From contig NC_068988.1 of the NCBI RefSeq assembly GCF_001194135.2, positions 2,546,471-2,610,470 on the forward strand: a DNA stretch of 64,000 bases. The letters run 5' to 3'. Numbering within the stretch: position 1 is the stretch's first letter; the number at the start of each line of letters is the position of its first letter. The notes below the pieces were generated by a model. It made no database searches and had not been told where the DNA came from. It saw only the letters and a program-made list of their open reading frames with translations. Positions 12,584 through 24,450 of this stretch are shown in pieces. Made by a program: the position numbers and the translations under genes. This DNA is from Octopus bimaculoides (lineage: Eukaryota).

Positions 12584-12898
12584 TAAAACCTGCCCTTCCA
12601 TTGTTATTTATGTATTTTTAATTCACCTCTCTGAGATCATGCCCCTCACATGTTGTGAAGTATATTATGGACTGTATATTTGATAAAATGCACGTTGTCT
12701 GAATAGCGGAATAGCAGATTATGCACTCAGTCAGGTTAAGTTGACTGCATACATCACCTGAATATCATTCTGCCAGTACTTCTGTACCAAGATTGGTGTT
12801 CACAAATAAGAAAATTGTTGTGTGTGCAGTTCATTCTGACTTAACCAGGTGCCTTAATTATAACTACCTTATTCTACTGAATCTTGCTTATATTATAT

Positions 12899-12945
<47 letters not shown>

Positions 12946-14882
12946 AAACACTTCAATGAAAAAGGAGAAAAATACATCAACACATTATTTATTATAACAG
13001 TCGATTATATTGTATATTTAATTTAAATCTGTCCTAAGCATGTTTCTGCTNNNNNNNNNNNNNNNNNNNNNNNNNNNNNNNNNNNNNNNNNNNNNNNNNN
13101 NNNNNNNNNNNNNNNNNNNNNNNNNNNNNNNNNNNNNNNNNNNNNNNNNNNNNNNNNNNNNNNNNNNNNNNNNNNNNNNNNNNNNNNNNNNNNNNNNNNN
13201 NNNNNNNNNNNNNNNNNNNNNNNNNNNNNNNNNNNNNNNNNNNNNNNNNNNNNNNNNNNNNNNNNNNNNNNNNNNNNNNNNNNNNNNNNNNNNNNNNNNN
13301 NNNNNNNNNNNNNNNNNNNNNNNNNNNNNNNNNNNNNNNNNNNNNNNNNNNNNNNNNNNNNNNNNNNNNNNNNNNNNNNNNNNNNNNNNNNNNNNNNNNN
13401 NNNNNNNNNNNNNNNNNNNNNNNNNNGCCTTAAAGGAAAATATTACAGAGACAGATGTGTACAATTAAGGGTCACAAAATGAAAAGGAATTTACATTTGG
13501 AAAACCATCCTCCAAGATATAGAATACAGAACAAAGAATTATTTCATATGTGAAGTTTTACATATGAAGAATAATTGGAGAAGGATTATTACAAGAATAG
13601 GGGCAAACTAGATTATTGCATTAATATTTACCATGCAAACTCTAGCACTACCAACCTTTGTCGTATTTTCTTAATCAAAAGTCTTTTTTAGGGAAATATT
13701 TTGAATGATTTCCTGTGAATGTGTGCACATGTTAGGGCAGATTCCTTATTGCTGTTTAAAAACTGGTATTTAGACGTGAAAATACGGAATATTTCTTCCA
13801 GGCATAAACAGCAGTTCTTGCCTTCTATTACAAGTATTATAATGACTTTAAAAATAAACCCCTTAAGAAAATGGATTGTTTTCATAAAATTAAGCCAACA
13901 TCCAATGATACTAATGACCTTCACAAAAGAATAAATAAATCAAAGACTATGCTGGGGTATAATGTTGTATTCGGTAACAAACGGATACTAACACTCCCGC
14001 AGACGATTGTGCAGCTCTGGATGGACATTTTCCCGAACCAAATAATTACAATAGAATCTTCAAGCAGCACACAACTACTTAGTGCAAATTATCACATTGC
14101 CTAATATTAGGTGCATCTCTAAATTTCATAACAATATAAACTTTAATAAAGTAGATGATAAAGATAACAAACATAATGATAACCACTTTAAACATCGAGC
14201 TGAACAGGTAAAAAGACAATCTGGGAAGATTTTAAATACAGCACTTGCTGAGAATGCAAAGGAAACATAGAATCCTGGAGGTGGGCAGTGGAAGGGAGGC
14301 AACTGGTACTAAACTTTGACTAACCGAATGTGATGAACTTTGAACAGAATAACATACAAATTCAGAAGTATAACTAAATGTAAACACTGGTAGATCTTTA
14401 GATAAAGATACGGAGGAGGTATCTAATTCCAATCCCATTAGCGCAGGTAGAGTTTGGACCAATAAAAATCTTTGTAGCTGTGACAAAAACATTGATGCAC
14501 AATGTTTGAGGAATGATATAGCGTAAAGGTTGTTGAATTAATTGTGGCATGCAGAGGTAGTCAGAACACCTGTTGTGTCTCTTTCTGCTGGCCACAGTTT
14601 CATAAACTCCAGTGCAGCTGTCCCTGTCATGTCTTGCAGCCTTTACAATGTTCATAGAGCATTGAGCAGCAGACATGATGTCAGCATTTTGACACTCAAT
14701 TTCAATCATCCTGATACAAGTAAATCTTTTCCAATATTCAGATGGCTTCCAGTCCTCTTAAGTCAGCGAACTTTTTCCTCAACTACAACATTAGTCTTTA
14801 TGCTCTCCAACACTGTTGACTTTTCACCAATATATAAAGCAGTTCCTGAAAAAAAAAATGGAGACATAAAACATATATATAT

Positions 14883-14921
<39 letters not shown>

Positions 14922-14923
<2 letters not shown>

Positions 14924-15004
14924 TACACTCTCGGACTGGTTGCCATTAGGAAGGGCATCCAGTTGTAGAAACTCTGCCAAATCAAATTGAAGCCTGGTGT
15001 AGCC
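14922..15004 (+). mobile_element. Fragment of RTE-tailed repeat family D
   Basis: ACTACACTCTCGGA.TGGTTGCCATTAGGAAGGGCATCCAG.TGTAGAAACTCTGCCAAATC is shared with the 19015 and 51860 copies. Truncated by an N-gap. Confidence 0.8.
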
Positions 15005-15014
15005 NNNNNNNNNN

Positions 15015-15047
<33 letters not shown>

Positions 15048-16189
15048 TCTCCTTTTTGACCAGTGCCGGTAAGCTGAGGGGCCAAACCAGACACCAGTCT
15101 GATTTGGCTGAGCCTTACAAAGAAGAACAGAGAGGATCAACATATATATGATGATAATGATGATGAAGATATATTTCTGACCCAGTCAATCAACAAGGCA
15201 TTTGCTCAACAAAGGTAACTTCAGTAAAGAGCATACATAACAGAAACACACAATTACGTTTAATCAGACATTCCTATACACACCAATCTAAGTCAGTGGA
15301 TTTGTTACTGCTGCCTCATACTGTTGCTTCCAATATGAGACATTGAGCATGTTTGTTACTTAATTCATTTAGATTTTTCATTAATAAAATATTGATAATA
15401 TAAAATTGATTATATTTGAATTAAATTTTAAACTTGTTCCAAAGAAGGAAAAAAATAACAACAGTAGCTAATTAATTTCTATAATTAATGGCATATTATG
15501 GCAGTTTTATGACCTATATTGAAAATGGAATGAATAAATCGTGTTTCCAGTGAATGATGTATTTGTTATATAATATAAATAACAGAAGCAAAACAGCTTA
15601 ATATATGCATTTCTGTGAGAATGCACTTGTACATATATATGTGTGCATACATACACACACACATACATCCCCCCATACACACATCCATCCATCCATACAT
15701 ACATATAAACATATAGATATATGTATGTGTGTATGTAATTATATATCAATTAATTAAAAAAATGAAATTTGCAACAGGTCATGCGTGTCTTGGTTTGATA
15801 GGTTTATTCACCAGCCTGTGTGGCAGGTCAAGCAAGAAGTAACTAGATTGGCATCAATTTACCATTCGATAGAAAAAAAAAATGAAGAAATTAAGTTGTT
15901 TACCAATTCTGTATTTATACAATATTCACAGATATAAATGCATATTTTTACTGTTGCTTCTACGTTTAAAACTATGGATTAAGGTATGTTAGAATCTAAT
16001 TAATATTTTTTACTTGTTTTTTTTTTTTTCCAAAGATTTTGCTTTATTGATTTGTATTAAAGTTTTAGTTTATCTAAGAATTCCAAATATTTGTTCTATT
16101 TGTATAAAATCTCTTCATTTTATTTGGTACAAGACAGTAAGCTTGTTTATTGTCATTTATTATTACAAATATATACAAAGCACAGCAAG

Positions 16190-16400
16190 CAGTAAAAATT
16201 ATTTGCATGCTAGACAAAATGCTTAGTGCCATTTCATCTGTCAATATGGTCTGAGTTGAAATTCCGCTGAGGTCAACTTTGCTTTCATCCTTTTGCTGTC
16301 ATTAAAATTAGTACCCACTGAGAACTGGGGCCAAAGTAAGTGGCTATCCTCTTTCACACAAATTTCAGGCCTTGTGCCTTTAGTAGAAAGGACTATTGTA
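16190..16400 (+). mobile_element. tRNA-derived SINE, family B
   Basis: CAAAATGCTTAG...TCTGAGTTGAAATTCCGCTGAGGTCAACTTTGC.TTCATCCTTT...GCCTTGTGCC..TAGTAGAAAGG, homologous to the copies at 34803, 40001-41225, 44071, 51334 and 54361. Confidence 0.8.
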
Positions 16401-16425
16401 GATGTAATGTGTGTATGTGTGCGTG

Positions 16426-16460
<35 letters not shown>

Positions 16461-16637
16461 TTAAGTGTCTGGGCAACTGTGTATACATATCTTTTATCTT
16501 TTATAGGTTTCAGCGAAGGGTTGAGGCCATGCTTTGTACCATATATATAATGTACATGCTTCTTTTTTTCTTCTCTTTCTTCATCTCCTTTACTTCTGTC
16601 CTTTCATTAATCTATACCCTTCTGATTTTCCCTATTT

Positions 16638-16693
16638 GTCTCTGATGATGGAGTATCCCATACTTAGAAATATCCCAGAAACAGCTGTAAGAC
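16638..16693 (+). ncRNA. Minimal type I hammerhead ribozyme-like motif, intact core
   Basis: GTCT CTGATGA TGGAGTAT CCCATACTTAGAA ATATCCCA GAAA CAGCTG TA AGAC. Helix I is GTCT/AGAC, helix II is TGGAGTAT/ATATCCCA (one mismatch), helix III is the perfect palindrome ACAGCTGT. Predicted cleavage after A16689. Confidence 0.8.
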
Positions 16694-16748
16694 TTTTAAT
16701 TTTTCCAATAATAATGTATATGACTAGTGACCAAAACTTTTGGTGATA

Positions 16749-17195
16749 TGCTGTGCTTGTGAGGACTGGCCTAGCCAAGTGAAATTGTAGTCATGGCCAA
16801 TGCTGGTGTCATGTAATTGGTACCCATGCTGGTAGTACGTAAAGAGCACCTTTGAAGCATTGGGCCTCACAGAGACCAAGTGGCTGAGTTCCTTTCAAGC
16901 ATTGGGCCTCACAGAGGCAATGACCGAGACATTTAGCATTATGTTGTGCTTGAGAAGACCCATCAAGCCGAGCAAAATTGCAATCATGGAAGATACTGGT
17001 GTCATGCAAATGGCATCCATGATGAAGACAAGTAAAACCACCCAGTCTTGGAGTGGTTGGCATTAGGAAGTGCATCCAACCATAGAAACCAAACCAAACC
17101 AGACTGGAATCTGGTACAGCCTTCCAGCTTGCCTGCCCTGGTCAAACTATCCAGCCCATGCCAGCATGGACAACGGACGTTAAATGATGATAATG
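16749..17195 (+). mobile_element. Longer, diverged copy of repeat family D with (GAT)n-type tail
   Basis: Ends ...CCCATGCCAGCATGGACAACGGACGTTAAATGATGA, the family D 3' end. Contains an internal 42-bp-period duplication at 16851/16893. Confidence 0.7.
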
Positions 17196-17334
17196 CCACT
17201 GGCACCAGCCACATTGCTTCCATGAAGCCCAACCCTTGAAAGGTGCTTTTTACATGGCACCAGCACAGGCGCCACTTATATGACCCCAGCATAAGCCATG
17301 ACTACGATTTCACTTGGCTTCACAGGTCTTCTCT

Positions 17335-17411
<77 letters not shown>

Positions 17412-18210
17412 AAGAAACACTATAAGAATATATATATACACACATATATATATATATGCACATATATTTAGATGTACAGTGTATGCTTCTTTTTTCTGTA
17501 TTGTTTACAAAACATGTCTTCTTTTGTTACGGAATCCACAAAGAAAATAAACACTTTTCCATGTATAGCATGTTTAAGAATGCATTATTTTCATTTTATT
17601 TATTCCTGCATATTTCAAGCAGAGTGTGACGCAGAATACAAAGTGTAATTGGGATAAAATCTGACAATGTGTTAAGATACGTTAAAGTCAGCATTCTTTC
17701 TGTTTGAAATTGAATCAATTTCCGCCTTCAAAAAACTGATCCCAAAGACTTAGCAACTCAACAATGCTCTGGCTTCCATGATATGCTGATTGACCAATCA
17801 TGTTCTATGGATGGACACTATTCAACTAAATCATAACAAATGGTAAGTGCCTACATGTACCATTATTTCAGTTATCTACTTACCATTCCACTGTGATGGA
17901 CAGAAACACAGAGCTTCTAGGAAAAAAAAGAAAAAGAAAAAGAAATAATCAAGATACAAAAAAACCCAGTTAAGACGAAAAATGCTAGAATATGAGAATA
18001 GATCGTTGACGTGATACATAAATTTTCATCCACATTCTGGTTCATTCTAAGCTCAATACTGTTTTAGACTTTACTACAGAAGAATTTTATGATCACTGGA
18101 ACTCATTTTTCTACATTAAAATCACACCGTAAATATTACAATAACATGAGACTACTGTCACTCTATAACAAACATTAAACACACACACACACACACACAC
18201 ATTCATTATG

Positions 18211-18608
18211 CATGTGAGGTCAAGACATTTACTTCCCAACCATATGGTCCTGGGTTCAATCCCACAACATGGCACCTTGAAAAAAGTATCTTTTTCTATA
18301 GCCCTGGGCTGACCAAAGCCTTATAATTAAATTTGATTGACAGAAAGTGAAAAAAATCTTGTCATATATATATATATGTGTGCTTTTGTGTCCCCTTGTT
18401 TTGACATTGTCTGATTGTTGTAAATGAGTGTCACTGCCATACAAGCAGTGTCAGTCATTTCTAATCTTGTCTGGTCATGGGGAAATATTACCTTGTTTGG
18501 AAACAGCCAAGTGTTGGCAACAGAAAGAGCATCCAGCATCTATCCCTCCCTTGAAAGTATGTCCAACCTGTGCAAGCAGAGAAGAGTGGAAATTAAAACA
18601 ATGATAAT
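18211..18608 (+). mobile_element. Composite SINE: family A head plus a decayed family D-like tail
   Basis: Head CTTCCCAACCATATGGTCCTGGGTTCAATCCCAC..GGCACCTTG, then a central region, then GGCAACAGAAAGAGCATCCAGC...TCCAACCTGTGCAAGCAGAGAAGAGTGGAAATTAAAACAATGATAATG. Confidence 0.6.
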
Positions 18609-19014
18609 GTGTGTTATATACATGCCTTCTTACACAGACACACACACACACACACACACACATACACATACACACACACACATGCACACACAGATAGACA
18701 AATGAATATACATATACATACACATAATGTGCTGTGCGTGAGAAGACCCGGCAAGCCAAGTAAGATCGTTGCCAGTGCCCCTGGACTGGTTCTTGTGCGG
18801 GTGGCACATGAGATGCACCATTTTGAGCGTGGCCGTTGCCAGTACCGCCTGACTGGCTCCCGTAGGATTTTCGAGCGAGATCGTTGCCAGTGNNNNNNNN
18901 NNNNNNNNNNNNNNNNNNNNNNNNNNNNNNNNNNNNNNNNNNNNNNNNNNNNNNNNNNNNNNNNNNNNNNNNNNNNNNNNNNNNNNNNNNNNNNNNNNNN
19001 NNNNNNNNNNNNNN

Positions 19015-19215
19015 GTTTTCGTGCGGGTGACACGTAAAAGCACCCACTACACTCTCTGAGTGGTTGGCGTTAGGAAGGGCATCCAGCTGTAGAAACTCTG
19101 CCAAATTAGACTGGAGCCTGGTGTTGCCATCCGGTTTCACCAGTCCTCAGTCAAATCGTCCAACCCATGCTAGCATGGAAAGCGGACGTTAAACAATGAT
19201 GATGATGATGATGAT
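19015..19215 (+). mobile_element. Young copy of repeat family D 3' end with (GAT)n tail
   Basis: AAAAGCACCCACTACACTCTCTGAGTGGTTGGCGTTAGGAAGGGCATCCAGCTGTAGAAAC...GGAAAGCGGACGTTAAACAATGATGATG. Confidence 0.85.
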
Positions 19216-19477
19216 ACATATATGCACATGCAGAAATAGCCTGAAACCAGGCTGGTCTGCTGGTCCCATCGCAAGAAGGTGGCAGGGGTTCGCTCCCCTG
19301 CTTGCAATATCTCAGATGCAGCTGTGCATCATTAACCAGCTAGAGGAGATGTCCTCTTGGGGTTAAAAAATCACAGTAAAGTCCGTTGGAATGGGCAGCC
19401 ATATTGATATACATATGTATATATACACATATATATATACATATACACATATATATACACATATATATTTATATGCA

Positions 19478-19529
<52 letters not shown>

Positions 19530-19594
19530 GTACATACACACACACATACATACATGCACACACATAGATATGCATATATATGTATGTACATATG

Positions 19595-19628
<34 letters not shown>

Positions 19629-19965
19629 TATTCACATACATGCAACTGAAGTAGCATACAGCCTTTACCTAAACCCAAATGATTCAGTCATTTGCTTGCC
19701 CCTACCCCCCACGCCCTGCTACCTCCGCTTGCAGTTCTCCTTTCACCAAATTTTTACCTACAGCACCAAAACGGAACTGGCCAAACTGACTATAAAACGT
19801 ATCACCCTCACCTATCTCACCTGTCTACAAAATTCATTAGCCACCTCTCTCCCCACCCGCCCTTCCTCTTCTCTGATGAAATGATTACAAAAACAATAAT
19901 GAAACAAAACAATTCAGCATGAAACTCAGTTGCTTAATAAAGAGTTTGAGGTGGTAACATGAATA

Positions 19966-20018
<53 letters not shown>

Positions 20019-21193
20019 CGCATGCACGCACACACGCACGCACGCACGCACACACACACTCAGACAGAGACATACACACACCTATAGTGTTTGTGAATTT
20101 TGCCTCTTAATATCCCCATTGTATTTAATGCATCGTGATGGAGTACTGATAGCCATTTTGAAATACACACACAGTGTTTTATTCGCTTCAGTCTTATTTT
20201 GTAATAGTATTATTTATTATTAACTACCAAAGTCTTTTGTCATGCATTTACAGTCAGATACTTTATTCCACTGTATATAATTTAATTATCTCACAATGTT
20301 CTTGGTATAATTCCAATGTACCCTTTACTTTCATATTTTATTTTATTTTATTCATGTTTAGATAATATTTTCTGTTTTCCCATAAAGCTCTTGTTATGTG
20401 AAGAATTGTACGAATATGTGTGATTCTATCAAATTTATGTTTATTAATTTCTTTTGCTCTCACGTCCTTTCCAATCGTAACCATTTTGATTAGATCACTG
20501 TTCACAAAAAAAAAAAAAAAAAATAGAAAAAGATTTAAAAAAAATCTATTCGGTAGTTTTGTAATACACACTTTGATAATCTCAAATGATTAATTAGTAG
20601 AAGAAACAGCACTAGGTTAATGTTTACACTCTTCACAATGGCTATTCCCATTCCTGTCATGAAGTGACATAAATTTGGTAGAAATGCCCAGACTGTTTGA
20701 AATATAGTGAAACAGCCAACTCCTCTGAAAAAAATCAACCAGTTACTTTGATTTCCATAAAGAACGGTTTCATATTAATTACACTTGAGGGTATGGCTAC
20801 TTTGGTTGTGTTTGCTTGTAAAATAAGTGTTTTATTGAAATTTGGCTAAAGTAGAATTTATTTGCAGGCAAACAGTTAGAGAACGGTTTTGCTTGCATTT
20901 AAAACGAATGTTAGAAATGTCACCTGTAAACAGGCAAATGAGAAAGAAATAATAAAATAGAATGCAAAAGCAAATACACTGAAAACATTTTTTCTGGGAC
21001 TTTAATTTGTTTTTTATTTACTAAAGCAGAAGTTTTCAGAAATGTCATTATTCATTTCTACAATTTTCATATCTATAAAATATTAGAATCTTTCAAAAAA
21101 CGAAATTTATTATTTTTAAAGCTTCACCATTAACATGTGAAAATTTCCAGCTTTTTGGGAAATGTCGTTGCAATAGCTTGAAAGAAGTGCATG

Positions 21194-21226
<33 letters not shown>

Positions 21227-21445
21227 ACACACACATATATATGTATGTACATTGTATATATATATGTATGTACATTGTATATATATGTATGTGTGTGTAC
21301 ATTTATATATATATATGTATGCACATTCCAATACATATACATATGTATACACACACACACCAACAAATATTTATGTGCAAGTATATATAAATACACACAC
21401 ATATATATATATTTAANNNNNNNNNNNNNNNNNNNNNNNNNNNNN

Positions 21446-21495
<50 letters not shown>

Positions 21496-23621
21496 CTCCA
21501 AATAATATATGTGTATAATGTGTGTGTATGCACGTGCGTGTGCACGTGCACACGTGTGTGCATGTGTGTTTGTGTGTGTGGTAGCTAAGTGCATTTCAAT
21601 AGCTAGACTAATAACCAAACCCGTTCTTCAGTTTAACCACATTGCCATGTTTTAAAATATAATTTCATGTGCAAAAAGCCTGCTTTCATCTTGGTATCCT
21701 GATGTGTCTAATATAACAGACAGACATCTTTTGTTGTATGATTAAGTGAATTACTTCTCTTGTCATGACATCTCAACCATTTGACTTGTTATGATCAAAG
21801 ATCTCAATCAGTTGGTGATCAGTCTGTTGGCTTCTAGACGAGACTGGTGGAAAAACAAATTTCTTTCTTGGTCCCACACATAACCCTACATGTTAAAGAT
21901 CATCTCTTATTGTTAGAGAGGTGCCACTGTTTGCCATAACAGGTTGTTTCCATCCTGTGGTAACCCTTTAAAACTCAGTAGAATGAGCCATGTAAATGGT
22001 TTTGGGCCAGCATGCGATACAATAATGGGGTCAACTCTCAACCTCTCGTCTACTTGACTGGTTCCTCCCCCTATGAACTTATTCACCTAGAAGACAATGG
22101 AGAAGCTTATATGTGGTCATTTTATCTGCTGTAAACAGCAGCCAGATATCCCTCACATCACACTTTACTGTTTTTAACCCTTGGTTACCCTATCTCTGTT
22201 TGAGTACAATAGTTCCAAGCTATTCATCAAATAATTTAGTAAAATAACTTTGTCCTAATTAAGCTGGTATTTGCAACTTAAATTAACAGGAAATTTTGAG
22301 GGTAAGTTTTAATTTAGATTACTTTAAAACATGAGGAGTTTGTATTGAAGAATCAAGGATGATTCCAAAAGTGTTGATATCGAAAAGGTTGAAAATAGAA
22401 AAACCTTTTTGACAAATTTGTCTTCGTGACACTATACTTGAAAATAAGGGTGGGTGGTGCAAGGATGGAATACCTGTAATCGTAAGCTTGTTTGATCAAT
22501 CACCCAAATACTTGCGATAGAATGAACTTTTCTAAAGAGACATCCAAAGTCTGTGATCGTAAAACCCAAGAGAATGAGACTAATCACAGAATAATTTGGT
22601 TCTTCATACTTACAAACATCCTTTACAAAATTATGTTTGAATATAAAATGTGGTTTGAACGATGGAGATGGTATCAAGATAAATAATGGAGAAATTGTGT
22701 TTTAGAGATGTTTCATCTATTTTGTTATTTCACTTGAAATCAGGTTTGAACTTTTGATCGAATATTTTCTTGCCATGATCAACCTGTTTGTTGTCTTTTC
22801 ATGTATCTATCCTTTACTAAATATATAGTTTGATTGTTTTTTTTTCTAAGTAGTAGAAGCTTCTTTATTGGTCCATGAGTGTTTTATGCATCACTTGGAG
22901 GAGATGGATGAGTTCCAAGCTATTCATCAAAGAATGTGGATGTACCGGATCTAGAATTGTCCAGTAACTCGGTCATGTTTTATCTGATTTAACTGCTTAA
23001 ATTTTAAGTTGTTCTGATGGCGGAAGCAAAGGGGTAAGTCCTAATCGTATATTATTTCTCTATCCCACATTATCCTTGTAATTAAGCCATATGTGAATCA
23101 GTGGCTTCTTGAAATCCATGCTTGCTTGATCTATTTTATGTGCTGTAGGGAACAGGATAAGAATTAGGCACAGAACAGCCTTTTTTGCTCAGCGTACAAT
23201 TCAAGTTGAGGTCCTGCTTGGCAGCATGCATCCACTAGGAAATTTTTTCCACCTGCATTCTCTTGCAAGCAGTAGCAATATGCAATGAAAGTGCAGTCAG
23301 GAACATTGCGGCATTAAGAGCCCATGTTATTCTCTAACCAAAGGCTTGATCCACATGTTTGCAACTGAATGACTCTTGTCAGAGGGACATCCAAAGGCCA
23401 GGTTGTGATGTTAATCCATGCCTACCACTATACACGAATTGCAAGGACCAGCATCGCTTACTGGGTCCAGAATATCTTCTTTGATACAGCTTGCAATTTA
23501 GAGGGCCAGGAACTCATAGATGAGCTGTCATTGCTGTGGTTGCAGATACCACGTCACTCCCTGACAGCTGATTGCAAGTTTGTGAAGTAACCAGAAAAGT
23601 CCAGAAAAGTAGGTATTGATA

Positions 23622-23675
<54 letters not shown>

Positions 23676-24307
23676 CGAGGAAGAGAGAGATTAAAGAGAG
23701 TAACAAGGAAAACAGCTAAATGGCTATCATCATAATAGCTTGTCATGTGTCTAAAGTTCAAATTCATTGCCAGTATACAGTTGTCAGAATGAGAAAGAGC
23801 CTTAATATTACATGCTTCAGTTCACCCCAGCTGTCAGGAATAACTTCTACATTGTCTAGCAATGTCAACTTATTTATAACATCATTACTTCAACGAATCC
23901 TTGTAATGATGCCATAAAATTTTGCTGCGTTTCAAATTAGAAATGTTATAGTCTAAGTATTGTGTATTTCTTGCAGTAATGATATAATAAACTTCTAGTT
24001 ATAAACATACCACAACAGACAGTATATATTTCAGAGATATTGAACCACCAAACAGAAGCCTCTATGTAGCTGAATGACCTGCTAGAAATAGAACTAAATC
24101 GCCCTTTTATCAAAACTTACCGTTTAAAAAAATAAAGGAAACACATTTGATAATGCAGTTATAGATACAAAACCAAATGAAATAGGAAGGACAGAGCCAG
24201 TAGAGTCTCAAAGCACTACTAGTGTGCTAACCACAGTGTTGTTACAAATAGAGGAGTTGACTTGAAAACGACTGTGCTTTTATAAAACACTTGTGAAATA
24301 ACATGAA

Positions 24308-24450
24308 GTATATTTGCCACTTAAATGCGGCTAAACCCTAAGGGTGAATGTTACTGTTGCTTTTAGCCCCAGGAGAACATCTCCTCCAGCTGGCTATTGA
24401 CACACATCTGTGCCCTGTCGGTATTTGTAAAGGGAAGTCATCCTTCCCAT
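24308..24450 (+). repeat. Dispersed repeat homologous to 51506-51641 (+) and ~40540-40622 (-)
   Basis: Shared G.GAATGTT.CTGT....TTTAGCCCCAGGAG..CATC..CTCCAGCTGGCTA. Confidence 0.7.

Larger units (their letters stand above)
12242..12597. repeat. ~356-bp foldback inverted repeat
   Basis: Left arm TTAATCCATTACAGCTGTTTCTAACAAATTTTTTAATTGATTAACAAGT matches the reverse complement of the right arm ACTTGTTAATCAATTAAGAAATTCGTTAAAAACGGCTGTAATGGATTAA. Pairing continues to a central GATTCT-GCTG-AGAATC hairpin near 12415-12430. Confidence 0.9.

Noticed and set aside
22400-23590. Repeat-poor block that might be a decayed LINE endonuclease region on the minus strand
   Set aside because: Only faint motif similarity (NQTIYLVKDRY) among many stops. 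It cannot be supported without a profile search.
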